Shown: one piece after another, positions 43,262-57,030 of the stretch
Numbering within the stretch: position 1 is the stretch's first letter
How the letters are laid out: each line of letters starts with the position of its first letter
Origin: Syncephalis fuscata S228
Taxonomy: Eukaryota > Fungi > Zoopagomycota
Assembly: GCA_025786725.1 (NCBI GenBank)
Contig: JAHLTZ010000036.1
Coordinates: 203,604 to 267,603, forward strand
DNA length: 64,000 nt
Reading direction: 5' to 3'
The notes under the pieces: generated by a model
What the model saw: the letters and a program-made list of their open reading frames with translations, nothing else
The model's database searches: none
Told to the model about the DNA's origin: nothing
Program-made: the position numbers and the translations under genes

Positions 43262-44317
43262 TTGGTGTGGGAGTTGCGGATTTGAGACAAATGCAAATAA
43301 ATGTTTGATATGTGTAAAACTACAGTGCCTTTACTTCGGTAATTCTATGAAACTACACTGCGTTTTATTTACGTCTACACTTTACATTAGTAAATAGGTC
43401 TTTATATTAGCACTAAATATGGCATAAATACAATGTTTGGAAATAAAACAAGCTATACTGTTTTGGCCTACTCCTATACACTGTTTGATTATCGCCTGGG
43501 CCACTGAAACCGTGTTAATAGCGATAGTGGTGGTATTAGCAAGCATAGTAGTAAATGTGACCGTTCTTGAATATTACTATTTAGAATACAAATATGTCAT
43601 ATTAATTGACGATGGTGGTGCGGTAAAGGGCAATTGTACGCGTTAAAAGATACGTTCAGTCATAATAGCAATAGCCATAAAATAGTTCAGATTTCTTAAA
43701 ACGGTTGATGTGTGCGTTTGTTTAAAACAATTCTAAACGAGTTAAGGGGAACACGGTGTAATGAATGACATGTTCAAATCAATACAATATGCTAGTTATC
43801 AAATATATATTATATGTAAAATAGCACAAAATATCACTAATTTATTTGCTAATAAACGCTAATTAGCTACATACCTATATTTTGTGTAAATGAAAAATAT
43901 TGCATGCGTATGAATAGCAAACATTTAGTACAAGTGTAAATATTAGGAGCTAGATAATTCATGTCACCAGTTATGGTAATGATACACAGGCTAGGAGGCC
44001 TGTTGGTGAAACGCCAACGGTGGCGTCACCAAATGGATGGATACATGTTTCAAGAGACACTGTGACGGATGGTTTTAACGTCGATACGACTTTCGTATTT
44101 AAAGGGTGGTTGATAGACCGACAAATAAACTATACAACATCATCCAAGTACAATTATAGTGATCAATTCACTAACGCTCTATTATCTTTTTACGTACCCC
44201 ATACAAACAGTCGGGCTGGCACCGCGGTTAACTACGATACACCACGATTAACAACAACAACAACAATAGGATAACTATCCATACGAAAACATTCACAAAC
44301 AAAGTTTATTCATCAAA

Positions 44318-45224
44318 ATGCGCGTCACTTTTTCTGCTTTATTCCTTTTCAGTCTCGCCGTGATTGTCTCTGCCAAGAGACATTATCCACGAGCATTCCA
44401 AGTCAATCATTTTGAGCGACGAGGTATTATTACCTATTATACACCAAGTAACGATGCCTGTACCGGCAAGTCCTCCAGCTCAAGTGACATGGTGGCTGCT
44501 TTAGCAAAATCCGATTTTGGTGGCGATTATGGAGGCAACACCGAAAAATCACCCACATGTGGCCGCTGTGTTGAAGTTACCGGACCTCTTGGTAAAGTTG
44601 TGGTCAAGATTGTTGATATGTGTGAATGTAAGTATTTGTTTATTAAGTTTAAAAAATACAATACTAATTATTACTTTAGCATGCAACAGTGGCCATGTAG
44701 ATCTTAGTCCAGTTGCTTTTGAAAAAGTGGCTAAAAAAAGCGCTGGTAAACTGACTGCCCAATGGAAGTTTGTTGACTGCTCTGGCGCATCAAGCGGCGG
44801 CAAAACCTCCGAACCAGCACCAGTAACTGAAGGCAAAGAAGCTGGAGACAAGGGGGGTGATGAATCCGGTGACAAGACTGACACTGCCGAAAGCGATTCC
44901 AGTAACAAAAAAAACAAAGGTTACGGAAAGAAGGATTCTGGTAGCAATAAGACTGAAGGTGATAGTACTGATAGTTCGGAGTCGAATAGCGGCAGTAAAG
45001 ATAGCAGCACTGGTAGTTCGGATTCAGGCAACGACGGTGGCAATAGTGGTGACAGCGATTCTGGCAAATATAACGGTGGTGGCAAGAGTGGCGGTAAAAA
45101 GTCAAAGGGTAAGAAGAACAAGGACAAAAAACAAAAGCAAGGTGGCAAGAACCATGATGACTCTAAAAAAAAGTCTGGCAGTAAAAAGCAAAAAAATGAT
45201 TCTAAAAAATCATATGGCTATTAA
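44318..45224 (+). CDS. RlpA-like/expansin-like secreted protein, copy E (intact, chimeric)
   Basis: Same signal peptide, propeptide and intron. D-like N-terminal loop, B/C-like core, D-like tail. Confidence 0.9.
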
Positions 45225-48200
45225 TGTAGATAGATTAGTATTGCTAGGCTGGTCCTGGCAAACGTGTATACGACAAATGAATAAACACATGATGAACAAA
45301 CGATTATAGTATCCATTTATTTATATAATTTAATGTTCTGTTGCTATACCTTGTACAATACATTGCTGTTGATTTGTAACTATACTGATGATATACTCTA
45401 TGATAATGATTTATTTTAAGACAAAATAACATTTATTTGTTTTTATTATATTCGTTTATTGATATGTATGTTCTATGATGATGAGTAGTTTTAATGTTAA
45501 ATGGCTTTTATTCTTAATGCATTATTGCTTCACTTGTTGTTCTATACTGTACCGACATGTTGGGTAAATTGACTTTTATTATTTCACACTCCATTTATTA
45601 ATAAATTAAACTCCTTTGTTTATAAATATTGACTGACAGGCTCACATCTCACAATCTACGTCATCACTTTCACTTTCTTTTTCTTCACACTTGATAGTAT
45701 ACATCCATTGCATATACTTGTACGCTCCATACATGCTACTTAGCTGGTGTCAGTAACTACTGACTACCAGACAACTGCAAACACTTTTGCATTAATCTCT
45801 TGCATTGCTTTTCTTTAAGCTTACCTTTTTGCAAATTACCTTATTCACTTTGAACATTGGTATTGACAGCTTCTTTAACGTGGTAGGTACCTTTCTGTCT
45901 TGTTTCTATGCTATGTTGAATATATGCTATATTTTGCTATAGATTGCCACTACAGGTCAGCTGGCAACAGCTTTACTATTCAACAGCGGCAGTGCGATCT
46001 ACTACTGTCGAGACGGTACGGCTGCTGTCAGTACGATCTGCCGCGGCAATCTATAGCAAAGCAGTGTATATAGTGATTGTGGCAGCATATAGCCAGCATA
46101 GTCGCCATGTACAGCTGCTGTATGCATACACCACCAATATTAGTATATCGAACTGCTAGTATAGTTGCTAAGTAAGTCTTCAGCACCAGTGCAACGATGC
46201 GAGTTGCACTGTGCTATTATGTATGTGCACAGCTGTCAATACGATGACTGTGGTGACTATATGCGCTGTTATTACTTCTCTACCTGAACATTCTCGCTCA
46301 ACACTGCTTCTTTCTAAACATCGGCGTTTTTAAATGCAACAACTAATGCAAGACCTAACACGCTAACTGTGTAGACTGTAGTATATTTGAGCAAATGTTG
46401 CTATTTGAGCATTGTCACCAACGGCTACAGGCTCTGTATTCTGTGAACAAACATTGGTGTATATGCTGTCGTTTGATCGACAGCGTCTTCCATAGCATCC
46501 TGCTTAGTATGTAGTCAGTGGTGCTTGTGCAGTGCTTTATTTACATTCTAATTATCGCATTAGTTGTCCTGAGCCGGTACTGTAACTGGTGTCAATGTTT
46601 ATGACAGGTCGCTATTTGACAGCCTCTGACTATGCTCTATCAGTCTACATCTGAAGCATTTACCGCTTCTTTGAAGTTACAGGTAAGCATTGTTATGTTT
46701 TATTGAACTATGTATTATTGTGTAACAAAGACGGTATAACACAAATAGCCATGTACGCTTTATAATCAGCTGTTTACTATGGTAAGACAACTGGTACTGC
46801 TACATAATAAATATATGCTTATTTTTATTTCAAACTACTTACCGTTTAATCAGCTATTATTCTTGCGTAAATATTTGCATATGTCGTGTTAGTGTTGCTG
46901 TTTACATTCATGTTGCTATACTTTGTTTCCAAATAATCTATGTTTGCAGTAGTGCTTTGTTATGCGCGTGCATACATACTTATACCATACAGATGCACCA
47001 TTGCCTACTGTGTATTGTATAGCTGCTTATTTTTTGCATGTGCACTGTAGAATACATACTATAGCAAACATATCCGATATATGTTACTGTTTATACAATT
47101 GTGGTACCTTTTCATTCAATGTGCTATCCATTGCGATACAACTTGTCATCCGTCATTCCAGCCTACTGAATACTGTGTGGCCAACTGCATTTGCATGTAT
47201 AGACTTTTGGCTACCCAATATGCTATGGTATGTACGCTCTATAGTGTTATTGCATATACCACTGTATATTATTGTATAAACATACTATGTGCCGTTATTA
47301 TACTATCCTATATACTGCCAGCCTATTTACAGTCATGTTTTTGTCTTTTTACTGTTTTGTGTGTGCTAACGTGTAGTTTGACATACTATGATATCAAATA
47401 AACGATCGATCTGCTATAAACATCAAAATATACAGTTGTTTAGTTCTAACAACCATGTTAGATGCGATAGACAGTTACAGCACACGATATAACCTAGCGA
47501 CAATGTATACAACACAGCTAATTAGTAATACGCCATACAATGCGCAATAGCGGTATTGTACATATCTCCAATGATCCAATAGCAATGCGGCATGATTATA
47601 TACGACCAGTAAGCTATCGGTAATATCTATAACAACATTTTCAAACATGGCTACAATAAACACTGTATATACACTACAATGGAATAAACAATGTTAAGCA
47701 AGCAGGTATAGGCATATAGTCCAGTATAGTGATATGTTTTAGCATTGCATAAAAGTACAAAGTAATAAATACTTGCGGTATGTAGTTTGCACTCTCAAAG
47801 CAATGCGTGGTGTATTTAAATATAATAGGCGTAAAATAAATGACATGCCAAAACATATCAACAAGCCATGTCAAACTATAATAAGCGTGCATGTTGTATC
47901 CATACATATTACTATACGGCTATTAGTATATTGTGTATACAATACAACTTACAGCTTCGTGTTGAATAGTTAAATGCAGCTACAGTTTATTGAAAAATAT
48001 ACAGTATACAGCAGTAGCAAATGCAGTATGCTTATAGCGATGTATAGCATGTTGTATCAAAGTGATTATATACGTCGTATAAACATCAGTAGTATATCAA
48101 GCACAACTAATATGATAAACAAGCTAGATGCCACAAACACAGCGGTTATCGGATATATATTATACAATAGGCTGTATACTGCTGGTATTATGAGTACATA

Positions 48201-50394
48201 CGCATAAATAAACAAGGCTTTTCAGTAAACATATACGCAAATATAATGGTTGGCATAGTAAAAGACTTTGAATAAAAAGCGTGTTTATTTATTATGACAA
48301 ACTATATATGTATACAACAACAAATCTAGGCAGCTAGTTACTAGAGTTTGACAGCATAAAGTGAATGCTACACTGAGTATATTGAATACAAATAGAGCGA
48401 GGTGGCAGTTGACAGATTTTACAACAAATAAAGCTATTGATACATAAACAATTATGATAAATAGTACATGTTTATCGATTATTAAAATTGTGTGGAATAG
48501 ACCAGCAGCATAAACACTACTGTGTGTGTGACATGGTATTGCTATAACCAACTGTAACTACAGCAAGACATACAAACATATAATCAGCACCATGTAAACA
48601 GTATATGGCATGCAAGTATAAACGCAGTATAGCCAACCAAAACTGTCCAGTTTAAGCGGATAGATAATCATATGCAAGTAGCAAGTATTCATTGTGTAGC
48701 TGAACAAAGCAGACATATAAAGCATACGCAATGCAAATTATTATGCAACGAAACAGCTTGGCACAGCAGCCATAATACCACCCAATAACCAATACAAAAG
48801 CAAGTATAAGCGCGACATTTGCTTACTTTTAAGATAAGTTGTTACAACAGGAAAGATTACAAAGCTATAGTCAATTAAATATATGAAGCAGAAGAAACAA
48901 ACAAATAAAAACAACATTATAGAACTCTTTAGATCAATACTGCACAATATTATACACAGAAAATAGTAACTCGACTATTTCACACGCATACACACATCAG
49001 TAGTTTGAATTGTTGTTTATTTGCAGTAGAATATCTGTATATACAACTTGTAGTATCACCATGTTGTTGTACTCATGCGGTTTAATACCATTACATTAGC
49101 CAAATAGGCCTGTATTGAACATAAATATTAAATAGTCAGTCTACACCTTGCTAAACCAGTAAATAGTTCGATAAACCATATGGTGCAATCACAACAACTA
49201 ACAGCATGTGACATTTGATGTTGTATTTACTTTTTATAGCAACAGCATCATGAATACCGCGAATTAACAACAAATGTATTCGACTGAAACAATATGATAT
49301 TGTTTATACAATACATGTAGTTGTAATAATATATAATGATATTTATTCAAGTTATTTTCACAGATTCTAATAGTCATAACAATTAGCTTATTTATTTATA
49401 TTATTGCTTTGTCCACTTATTTAATTGATTGCTATTTCAATATACATACATACACAAATGCCATTAGCAACCATAAACAATATCAATAGTCTATACAGTA
49501 CATTAGCATTGAGGCTTAGCTTTAAAAGTATATTGTTGCTAAGTATATTGTAGTCAGCGTATAGCGCTGTTATTAATGTAGATACATATTAGCTATATTA
49601 TTTGAACCAGTTGATTTTTAAAGCATTTTCTAATACTTTTATTGTTTTATAGCATCGATACATGTTATTTTCTATTATATGTAAGAATTATAGCATAAAT
49701 ATGTATGTAATATACGCAATAGGTATAGCTGTAGTGTACTTGATGTATATATAAATACTTGTATCTGTAAATATATCCGTTAGTATTAAAGGTGTTAGTT
49801 GTAGCTGCTTGATATAGATGACAACTGATGCTATCAATATATATGCTTTAATAGTAAACTCAGATACGGTTGATCAATATTATATCAAAACAGTGAATAT
49901 GTTGTAATGCTTCAAATGAATAAGCATATCCAAGATTGATTGATAATGCATTGTATACATCATATACTTATTTTACTGTCGATACTGTAGCAATATGTAA
50001 AAATGGCAATTGTTTAGTCATTGCCGTGCTGTAGACACTGGCAATGACACCACACTATGTTCGGCAATACCTATACTACTATTATTGATACACTTATAGT
50101 TTGCCGTTATGTTTGATCGACTATAAAGCAATATATGAGCATTGTATAATAAACACTATGCACTACATGTATAGCTAGTATTGGTTTTATAGTCATGACC
50201 TTGATGAAGGTGTACGAATAGCAATGCTGAAGTTATAGTGCATGCAGCTCAATAGAAAAATTAAGCTGAAATATATTACTAATAAAGCTATAAACAAACA
50301 AACAATAATTATGAATGGAGCGTTAATACTTATAATACAATGATGTAAAAGTGAATAAGTATACAATAGGAAAGACATAAATAACAGTAGTAAA

Positions 50395-50907
50395 GTTATT
50401 GAGCATATACGCATGAACAGATGACCGACATTAGTTGATATTTATTATTAATAAAGTTAGAACAGAAATAAAAATAGGTTTGGATAGAGGAAAGATGGGC
50501 GATTATAGAAAACATAAAAAGCGGTGTCAAAGCTACAGTGTGTATAGTGGAATGAGTGGAAGGAGCAAAGTATATTGCCGCGTATAAACAATAAAATGTG
50601 TCTAGTGTATCGTAGAATGATACATAGTAGTGTGGGACAGAATGGGAATGATATAGGTAAATGGTGGATATATGCATACTGGATAACGAATCTATGATGA
50701 CGAGTATTTGATGACTGATGTCACTCACCACCCATCATCATGTTCAATAGATTGGATGTTATTAAATATTAGTCATTTGTCCCCAAAAAGCAATAAGTGT
50801 GATGATGTGACGATTAAATAAAACTCACCACTTGTCCCATGTTCAATAGATTGAGTGTGCAGTGCAATTGCGCGAATGTTATTAAATTTAGTCATTTAAC
50901 GCCCAAA
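50395..50907 (+). repeat. Dispersed repeat family R, copy 1 (two ~100-bp subunits starting CATGTTCAATAGA)
   Basis: Near-identical to 58288-58720 and similar to 59535-60098. Confidence 0.88.
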
Positions 50908-51186
50908 TATACTATATTATTGATAAACTATTTAATGTTTGTAAAACGGTTATTTTTATTTCACTAATAATGAGTATTTATTATGTATAAATAATGGCTG
51001 TATGATATATATTATTATAACTAATATTGTTAAATACAATAAAATATATCAGTAAGTCATAATAAGACTATTTGATGCCAAACATTACTGTCATATAACA
51101 TATCATTAGTATAATAGTGAGTATAACAAGGACAATAATTGCTATTAGCAACATAAAAAATTAAATCAATAAAACAGCATTTGTAT

Positions 51187-52661
51187 TTATTGTCCTGCTA
51201 CAGCAGTCTTTAAATCATCAATGTTATTAATCACGAGTGGTGTAGTAATCTTTTTGCCATTAACAATCTCTAAGCCTTCACCGGCATACGAAACCAAAGG
51301 TGATATTTCCAAAGTGATGGATGCGGATGATTCATCCGGTCCAGGCAAGACATGCCCACCAGCACGTGTAATAAAGCGTACATGCTGCGCTATAATATCA
51401 CGACGACTTGTTTCGGGACAATCGGTGGAAGAGCCAGGTGCATTCTTAAGCGGGGAGAATTCTTCGGTGCGGTCAACTTCAAACACCGCCATATTGCGTG
51501 CAAGTGGGAAGACATCAAATACAAACTGTTCAAGCTTAATACCATTAGGCTTGGCTGGTACGACAGTCTCGCCAGTCTCAATGTCAACATGTTTAATCTT
51601 TTTGCTAGCAACATGATGTACTAGGTGTGCATCAGGCGCCGATACACGCTCCAAAAAGTCAACAGAATAATAATGATTGGCAATGTTGGCGGCACCAAAA
51701 GCTAATTGGCCATCGTCACGACGACGTGCCGCTAGTTCAGCGTCAATTTCACTGTACTCGACAACGCTAAATTCACCACCACGACGGCATACAACACCGA
51801 CTGGTTCATTAGGATCGACTTTGCGCACTACTTTAACGCCACAATCAGCTTTGCGTTCAGCGCAATAACCGATGAATTCCGGATCTGCAACGCGCACCAA
51901 GCAGTTATCGACACAGTAAGAATGGACGTGTTCGATATTGCGTTCACGGAGTGATGTTAGAACACCTTCATTGCGAAGGGCAGGATAAATCCCGCCATTA
52001 CCATCGGGTGCGCTAGTAAGTTGGTAGGCAGACTCAAGTAGAATCTTACCGTCATTGGAGAAGCACGGCAGCGTACCTTGGTTAAAGAAGATGACATTTT
52101 TTTATCAAGGCCAAAATAGTTGTGCTCTTCAAAATGTGCTTCTGTGGCAGCACGTGTAGGTGCAGATGTCATTACGTACCAGGTAATAACAACGTCGCCT
52201 TCTTCCTGGCGATATGATTTAGCTAGATTTTGTAGGCGGCCAATGCGCTCCGCTTGTAGTCGAAATAGAGACTTGTGAGATGGTAGCTGAATATCGTAGC
52301 AGCCCTTTGGCGCTGAACTACCAAGACGAGTGCCTTGACCACCTGCCATAAGAATTACAGCAACGCAATTTTGTGCTATTAAGCGTAAGCCTTGTTCACG
52401 CCAGGCGGTTCGCTGTGCTTGATTTGCGTCAAGTGTCGAAGCGACACAATCGCTGGGCAATGACTCGACAGCACCATCGTTCGTGGCAGGTGCAGTGGCG
52501 CGTTTAAATATACGGTTAAGATGATCGACATCAAAGTTACGCAGTTGCTGTAGCAGAGATTGCTGTTGGTCCGCAGTTAATGTTTCAAAGAGCTTAAAGA
52601 GATGGCCTTGGCCAGCATTGGTGTAGCGTTCACGAAGCGAAATAAGATCGGCGTTGGTCAT
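51187..52661 (-). CDS. UAP1: UDP-N-acetylglucosamine pyrophosphorylase, intronless (1-bp deletion in an A run near 52100)
   Basis: LMAGGQGTRLGSSAPKG, WYVMTS, FFNQGTLPC, PDGNGG, YCVDNCLV, VVEYSE, ANIANHY, KLEQFVFDVF, EFSPLKN. Confidence 0.93.
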
Positions 52662-54379
52662 ATTGGCAGTGATGTAGCAGTTGGAAACGATAGATGAAGA
52701 TGAACTAAGGATAGATAGAAAGAGAAAGCGATGAAGCAATGACGCGTATTCAAGGAATGGCGATGCTAAATATGGAAACAGAGATATGCACGTATGATAT
52801 AGAGTGACATCCATTAATCTATAGACACGCTGATACATTAAGTATCATATGTGATTATGCTTGATTTTACTGGTGTCTATATAACAGCGATGTACATATT
52901 ACATGATTATATAATGTGCATGTCTATTTGAGTGTATAACAGTCAATGTGTCAGCAAGCTAATATATACAATTTTTGGTTAGTGCTAGCAGTACCAGTAC
53001 TGCCACCATGCTAATTGGCGAACAAATTAACCTACTAACAATTTGATATATATAGTGCTAGAAAACAAGCTATCTGTTTCTGGAATGTAATTAATATTGT
53101 TACATATACACCAACTATTGTATGTACCGTTTTATTGGTTACAATATCTTAATTTTGAAATTGATAAACTTCAAGGCGAATTAATTTCTTTAAAACAGAT
53201 CTGGTATGATACCACCTAATCGTATACTCTCAAGAATATGCTTGAAATTAAAGCAGCAGCCAAGCCATGATTCCACAATCTTGTACCGGCAAAAGTTTCA
53301 TGAGTTTTTCTTACAATTTTGGTTTGGGCACCTACAAGCAATCTAGATGCTAGAATAAAATATTTATTTTGTATTCAGTCTATAAATTATAGTATCTTAA
53401 AAGCCCATGACACTTTACTTTTGGATGATTTCTATATTAATACAGAAGTGGATTATCAATTATTTTAAATGTTTCTAAACTTTGAGCTTGGCAACTGGGA
53501 CAGGTTTAGAGCTGTTATACTCATCAACTAAAAGCACGTTAAAAGCATTCTTTTAAAGCATACGCTTCAGGCTAGCATCTTAAATAAATTCTTGAAACTT
53601 TACATGACTTGCAGACTAGTTACCAAATATTAAAGTAGCATTACTACCAAGCTTGGATTTAAGCTTATTGACAAGCTTTTAGTCAGCTTGCTGTTGTCTA
53701 TGTTTATATGTTGAAACATGCATTTAATTTCATTAATTATAAATTTAGCATAATATCCTTTTAAATGATTAAAGCCATTTGCTTAATTTATATCATTGCA
53801 CTTTATTATACTCATTGCTGTTTGATAAGCATAGAAATGGCATGTAACAATCTATATATAATTTAATATATTTACTATATACAGCGATTGTTAAACTATA
53901 TATATTGTTGTATAATGTCATGTTCAGTCAGCTTGATAAAACTATATAAAATTTGTGATGGCTAATTAATGAAGAAGTAACAGCGCATAATAGTTACTAA
54001 AATGGAGAATTTAAACGAGTAAAATTAAATTAACGGTGGCTTCTATTTAACCGCTGCATTGCTGTTAGTACTATTTTGGACACTTTTCTAAAGCATTTTT
54101 CTAGATAATCTAAAATGGCATCTACCATATGCCAGCATTTTTTACAGTGTTATTAAATTTTAAAGTAACTACCAGGTATTCATTAAAAATATTGTCATCT
54201 CGTATACGTTGTTCCTTTTTTATTTGCCTTTGCTGATGCTTTTTATACAGCTAGATTATACAATCATTTTAGATACAGCAGTTGGCTATAGCTATGATAA
54301 CAAGCACAATAACTGACAGCATTTACACTACTACTATTTTGTTCAACACAGCACTTTACAGTAGACAGTGCCAAAACAT

Positions 54380-56105
54380 ATGAAAATGATTTTCACACAA
54401 AACCTCACACCCATCATTCCTACATTAGCTCTAAAAGCACCGGCAAGCCATTTTATGTAACACCTTGCTATGTGCCCACCGGTGTTGAAGCACTTTATGC
54501 CAAGGGTATCAAAGGAAAAGACGTAAAACTTGGAATTATCGACAGTGGGATTACCTTAAACGCCAAGGCATTTGAAAGAAATTATAATTATTTTTACGCA
54601 TTTGTAGGCACTGATAACAACCAAGCTAATCATTCATCTGAATGCAATAGACGTGGTGTATGTCTAGCTGGGATTGCCGTTGCAAAAAACAACTATTTTA
54701 CTGGAGTTGCACCCGAGGCGACGCTTGGCATCTATCGCGTGTTTGGTTGTACAGGTTCAACTTCAACTTCATTGGTATTAAAAGCTATAGCAGCAGCAAT
54801 CAAGAATCAAATAAAAATTATTGTATTGCCGGAGATTGCCATTGTAGATGAATACAGTACTAAACTGAAAAAATAATAAAAGATACTGCAAGACAAGGCG
54901 TGATTATGATTGTCGCAGTATCAGTTAATAATTTCATAAAGCAGCAATACTTTTCATATCAAGGCCTTCCTGTATTAAGCGTTGGTGGTTTTAAACAAGA
55001 ATATCGTTTATCGCACTGGTTTGAGGAGAAAACAACTGGCCATTGTATTGAGTTTATGTCTTCGTGTTTAAACATGAGCTATAACTTTAACAAAGAAGCG
55101 GATATTATTCCTAAAAATATTAATGGCAATTAATCGAATATACTGGGCTTGAAAGACAAGACATTGCACTTGTGTGGTATGATAAATCAAAAATGCCTTA
55201 TTTTTTAGAGTATGCTAAATCAATAGGAATGGCTGGGCTTATTATTGCAAACGGCTCTTCTAAAAAAAAAAGAAATGCGATATGTTTTTATTTGAGATTA
55301 GTAAAAAAGATGTTTTATTTATAAAAGAAGGCTATAGAAATAAGCTTGGATACAAATATATTTTTGCAGAAAAGTGTGACTACATTAAAGATGGCAGTGT
55401 TACTGTTGACACAGCTGGACCGCAGAATAAACCATTCATACCACATTTCTATCCTGACATCTTGGCACCGAGTTACAAAATTACACTACTACCACTTGTA
55501 AAACAATAGGCAAACCTTATTTTAGCGATATATCAGCTGCTGTTGCCTATGTTGCGGGTGCAGCTGCATTGATAGTTCAACATAATCAATATAGCTCGAT
55601 TGATATTACCTCTATCAAAACTATACTACAGAACAACGCAATTCCAGTCAAACACAGCAATCTAAATAACTACGTTTCTGTAGAATATTAAGGTGCTGGC
55701 ATGATTAATCTTAACAAATTAATAGATAATGAACGCATTCACGTTGAACCATCTTCAATTAATATAGAAAATACTTTTGACAATACAGCGAATGTACAGA
55801 TTAAGATTACATATCTTTCTGACACTGCACTCTCGTATAAAATCTCACACATTCCTGCTGCTGCTGCTTCAAAAGTATCATATTTTATTGATATGTTGTC
55901 AAGGTCACCCGTAACTGCAGCTGTTTCCTTTCTAGAGTCTATTAACCTACAGCCAAAGCAAAAAGGCGAGATTATGATACAAATCAGTACGCCAATGAAT
56001 ATACAAAAAATGAAATATGGTCATACTCCGGGTATATTGTACTCAATTTTAATTCAATATTCGATAAACCACATCAAATTGCGCTATTTTCATTTTATAT
56101 TATGA
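54380..56105 (+). pseudogene. Subtilisin (S8) pseudogene with PA/Fn3-like C-terminal remnants
   Basis: GIKGKDVKLGIIDSGI, GVAPEATLGIYRVFGC, YPDILAP, SAAVAYVAGAAAL, EY*GAGMIN. Several stops and frameshifts. The HGT catalytic motif reads RRGVC. Confidence 0.82.
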
Positions 56106-56419
56106 AGCAGTCAGAGGTTAAACAGCTTAGATATAGATGGTGTTTAGCGTTATTCTGCTATTTTATCGGTGATATTGACAGTATTGCTTTACAACAAATT
56201 AGCTAGATATCCATATTAAAATCTATCAATGCTTTACTTAACTATTGTATTTGGTATAGCATATTTCTGTATAGTAAATCCAACATTTTTGTTTCATTCT
56301 TAAAGCTTGTCGTTTTGCGTCAAGGTACTAAATTGCTCATAAAACAAAATGCATAATAACACTTAATAACACAAAGTGTTCTATGATTAATATATTTTAC
56401 TTGACATTTAGTATAATTG

Positions 56420-57030
56420 GGAGACCAAATAACTGATTCCAATAGCACTTGCACGATTAAACTATATATTTGTTCTATTGAACATGGTGATGTGTGGCAA
56501 GTGACATTAGTGATCAAGTACTCATCAGTATAAATTTATTGTCCATTACACATATATCCTTCATCTACCTATATTGCTTCCACGATATGCGCATATTGTT
56601 ATAGATTATTCTAATATAATAGGAATACTTTAATTATTATATGCTTCAATACAAGCCATTCATTCCAATTATTATGCTATACATACTGTAACCTTGACAC
56701 CGCTTTTTATGATTTCTTACCGTATATTTATCATTTTATATATCACTCTATACTCAACTAGTCTTTCTGTATTGAAAACTATTTTTATTTTGTTCTAGCT
56801 TTGTTATTAAAAAATGTCAATTAATATCGGTCATCTGCTCATGCATATATGCTTAATAATTTTAACAAGGCTAATCGCCACACTGTATTGTATATTCTTT
56901 ATATTTATTATAGTGCTTTATTGCTTTATTGTTTACTAACTGCGCGCTATCCAATACTGTTATTGTCTTAATTCTAGCTTTATTAATAAATACCGGCTTG
57001 TTTGTTCATCTGCTCATTAGTCTATATGCA
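56420..57030 (-). repeat. Repeat family R, inverted degenerate copy
   Basis: ttctattgaacatg at ~56473, ttgacaccgctttttatg at ~56693, ggtcatctgctcatgcatatatgct at ~56829. Confidence 0.75.

Noticed and set aside
46320-46510. Stop-riddled reading frames here and at 62520-62770 and 53150-53700 as pseudogenes
   Set aside because: Stop density is about what AT-rich random sequence gives, and no protein motif was recognised.
52090-52110. Programmed frameshifting in UAP1, EF-P or forkhead 1
   Set aside because: The same type of 1-bp loss occurs across unrelated genes and reciprocally in near-identical copies B and C, so sequencing error is simpler.
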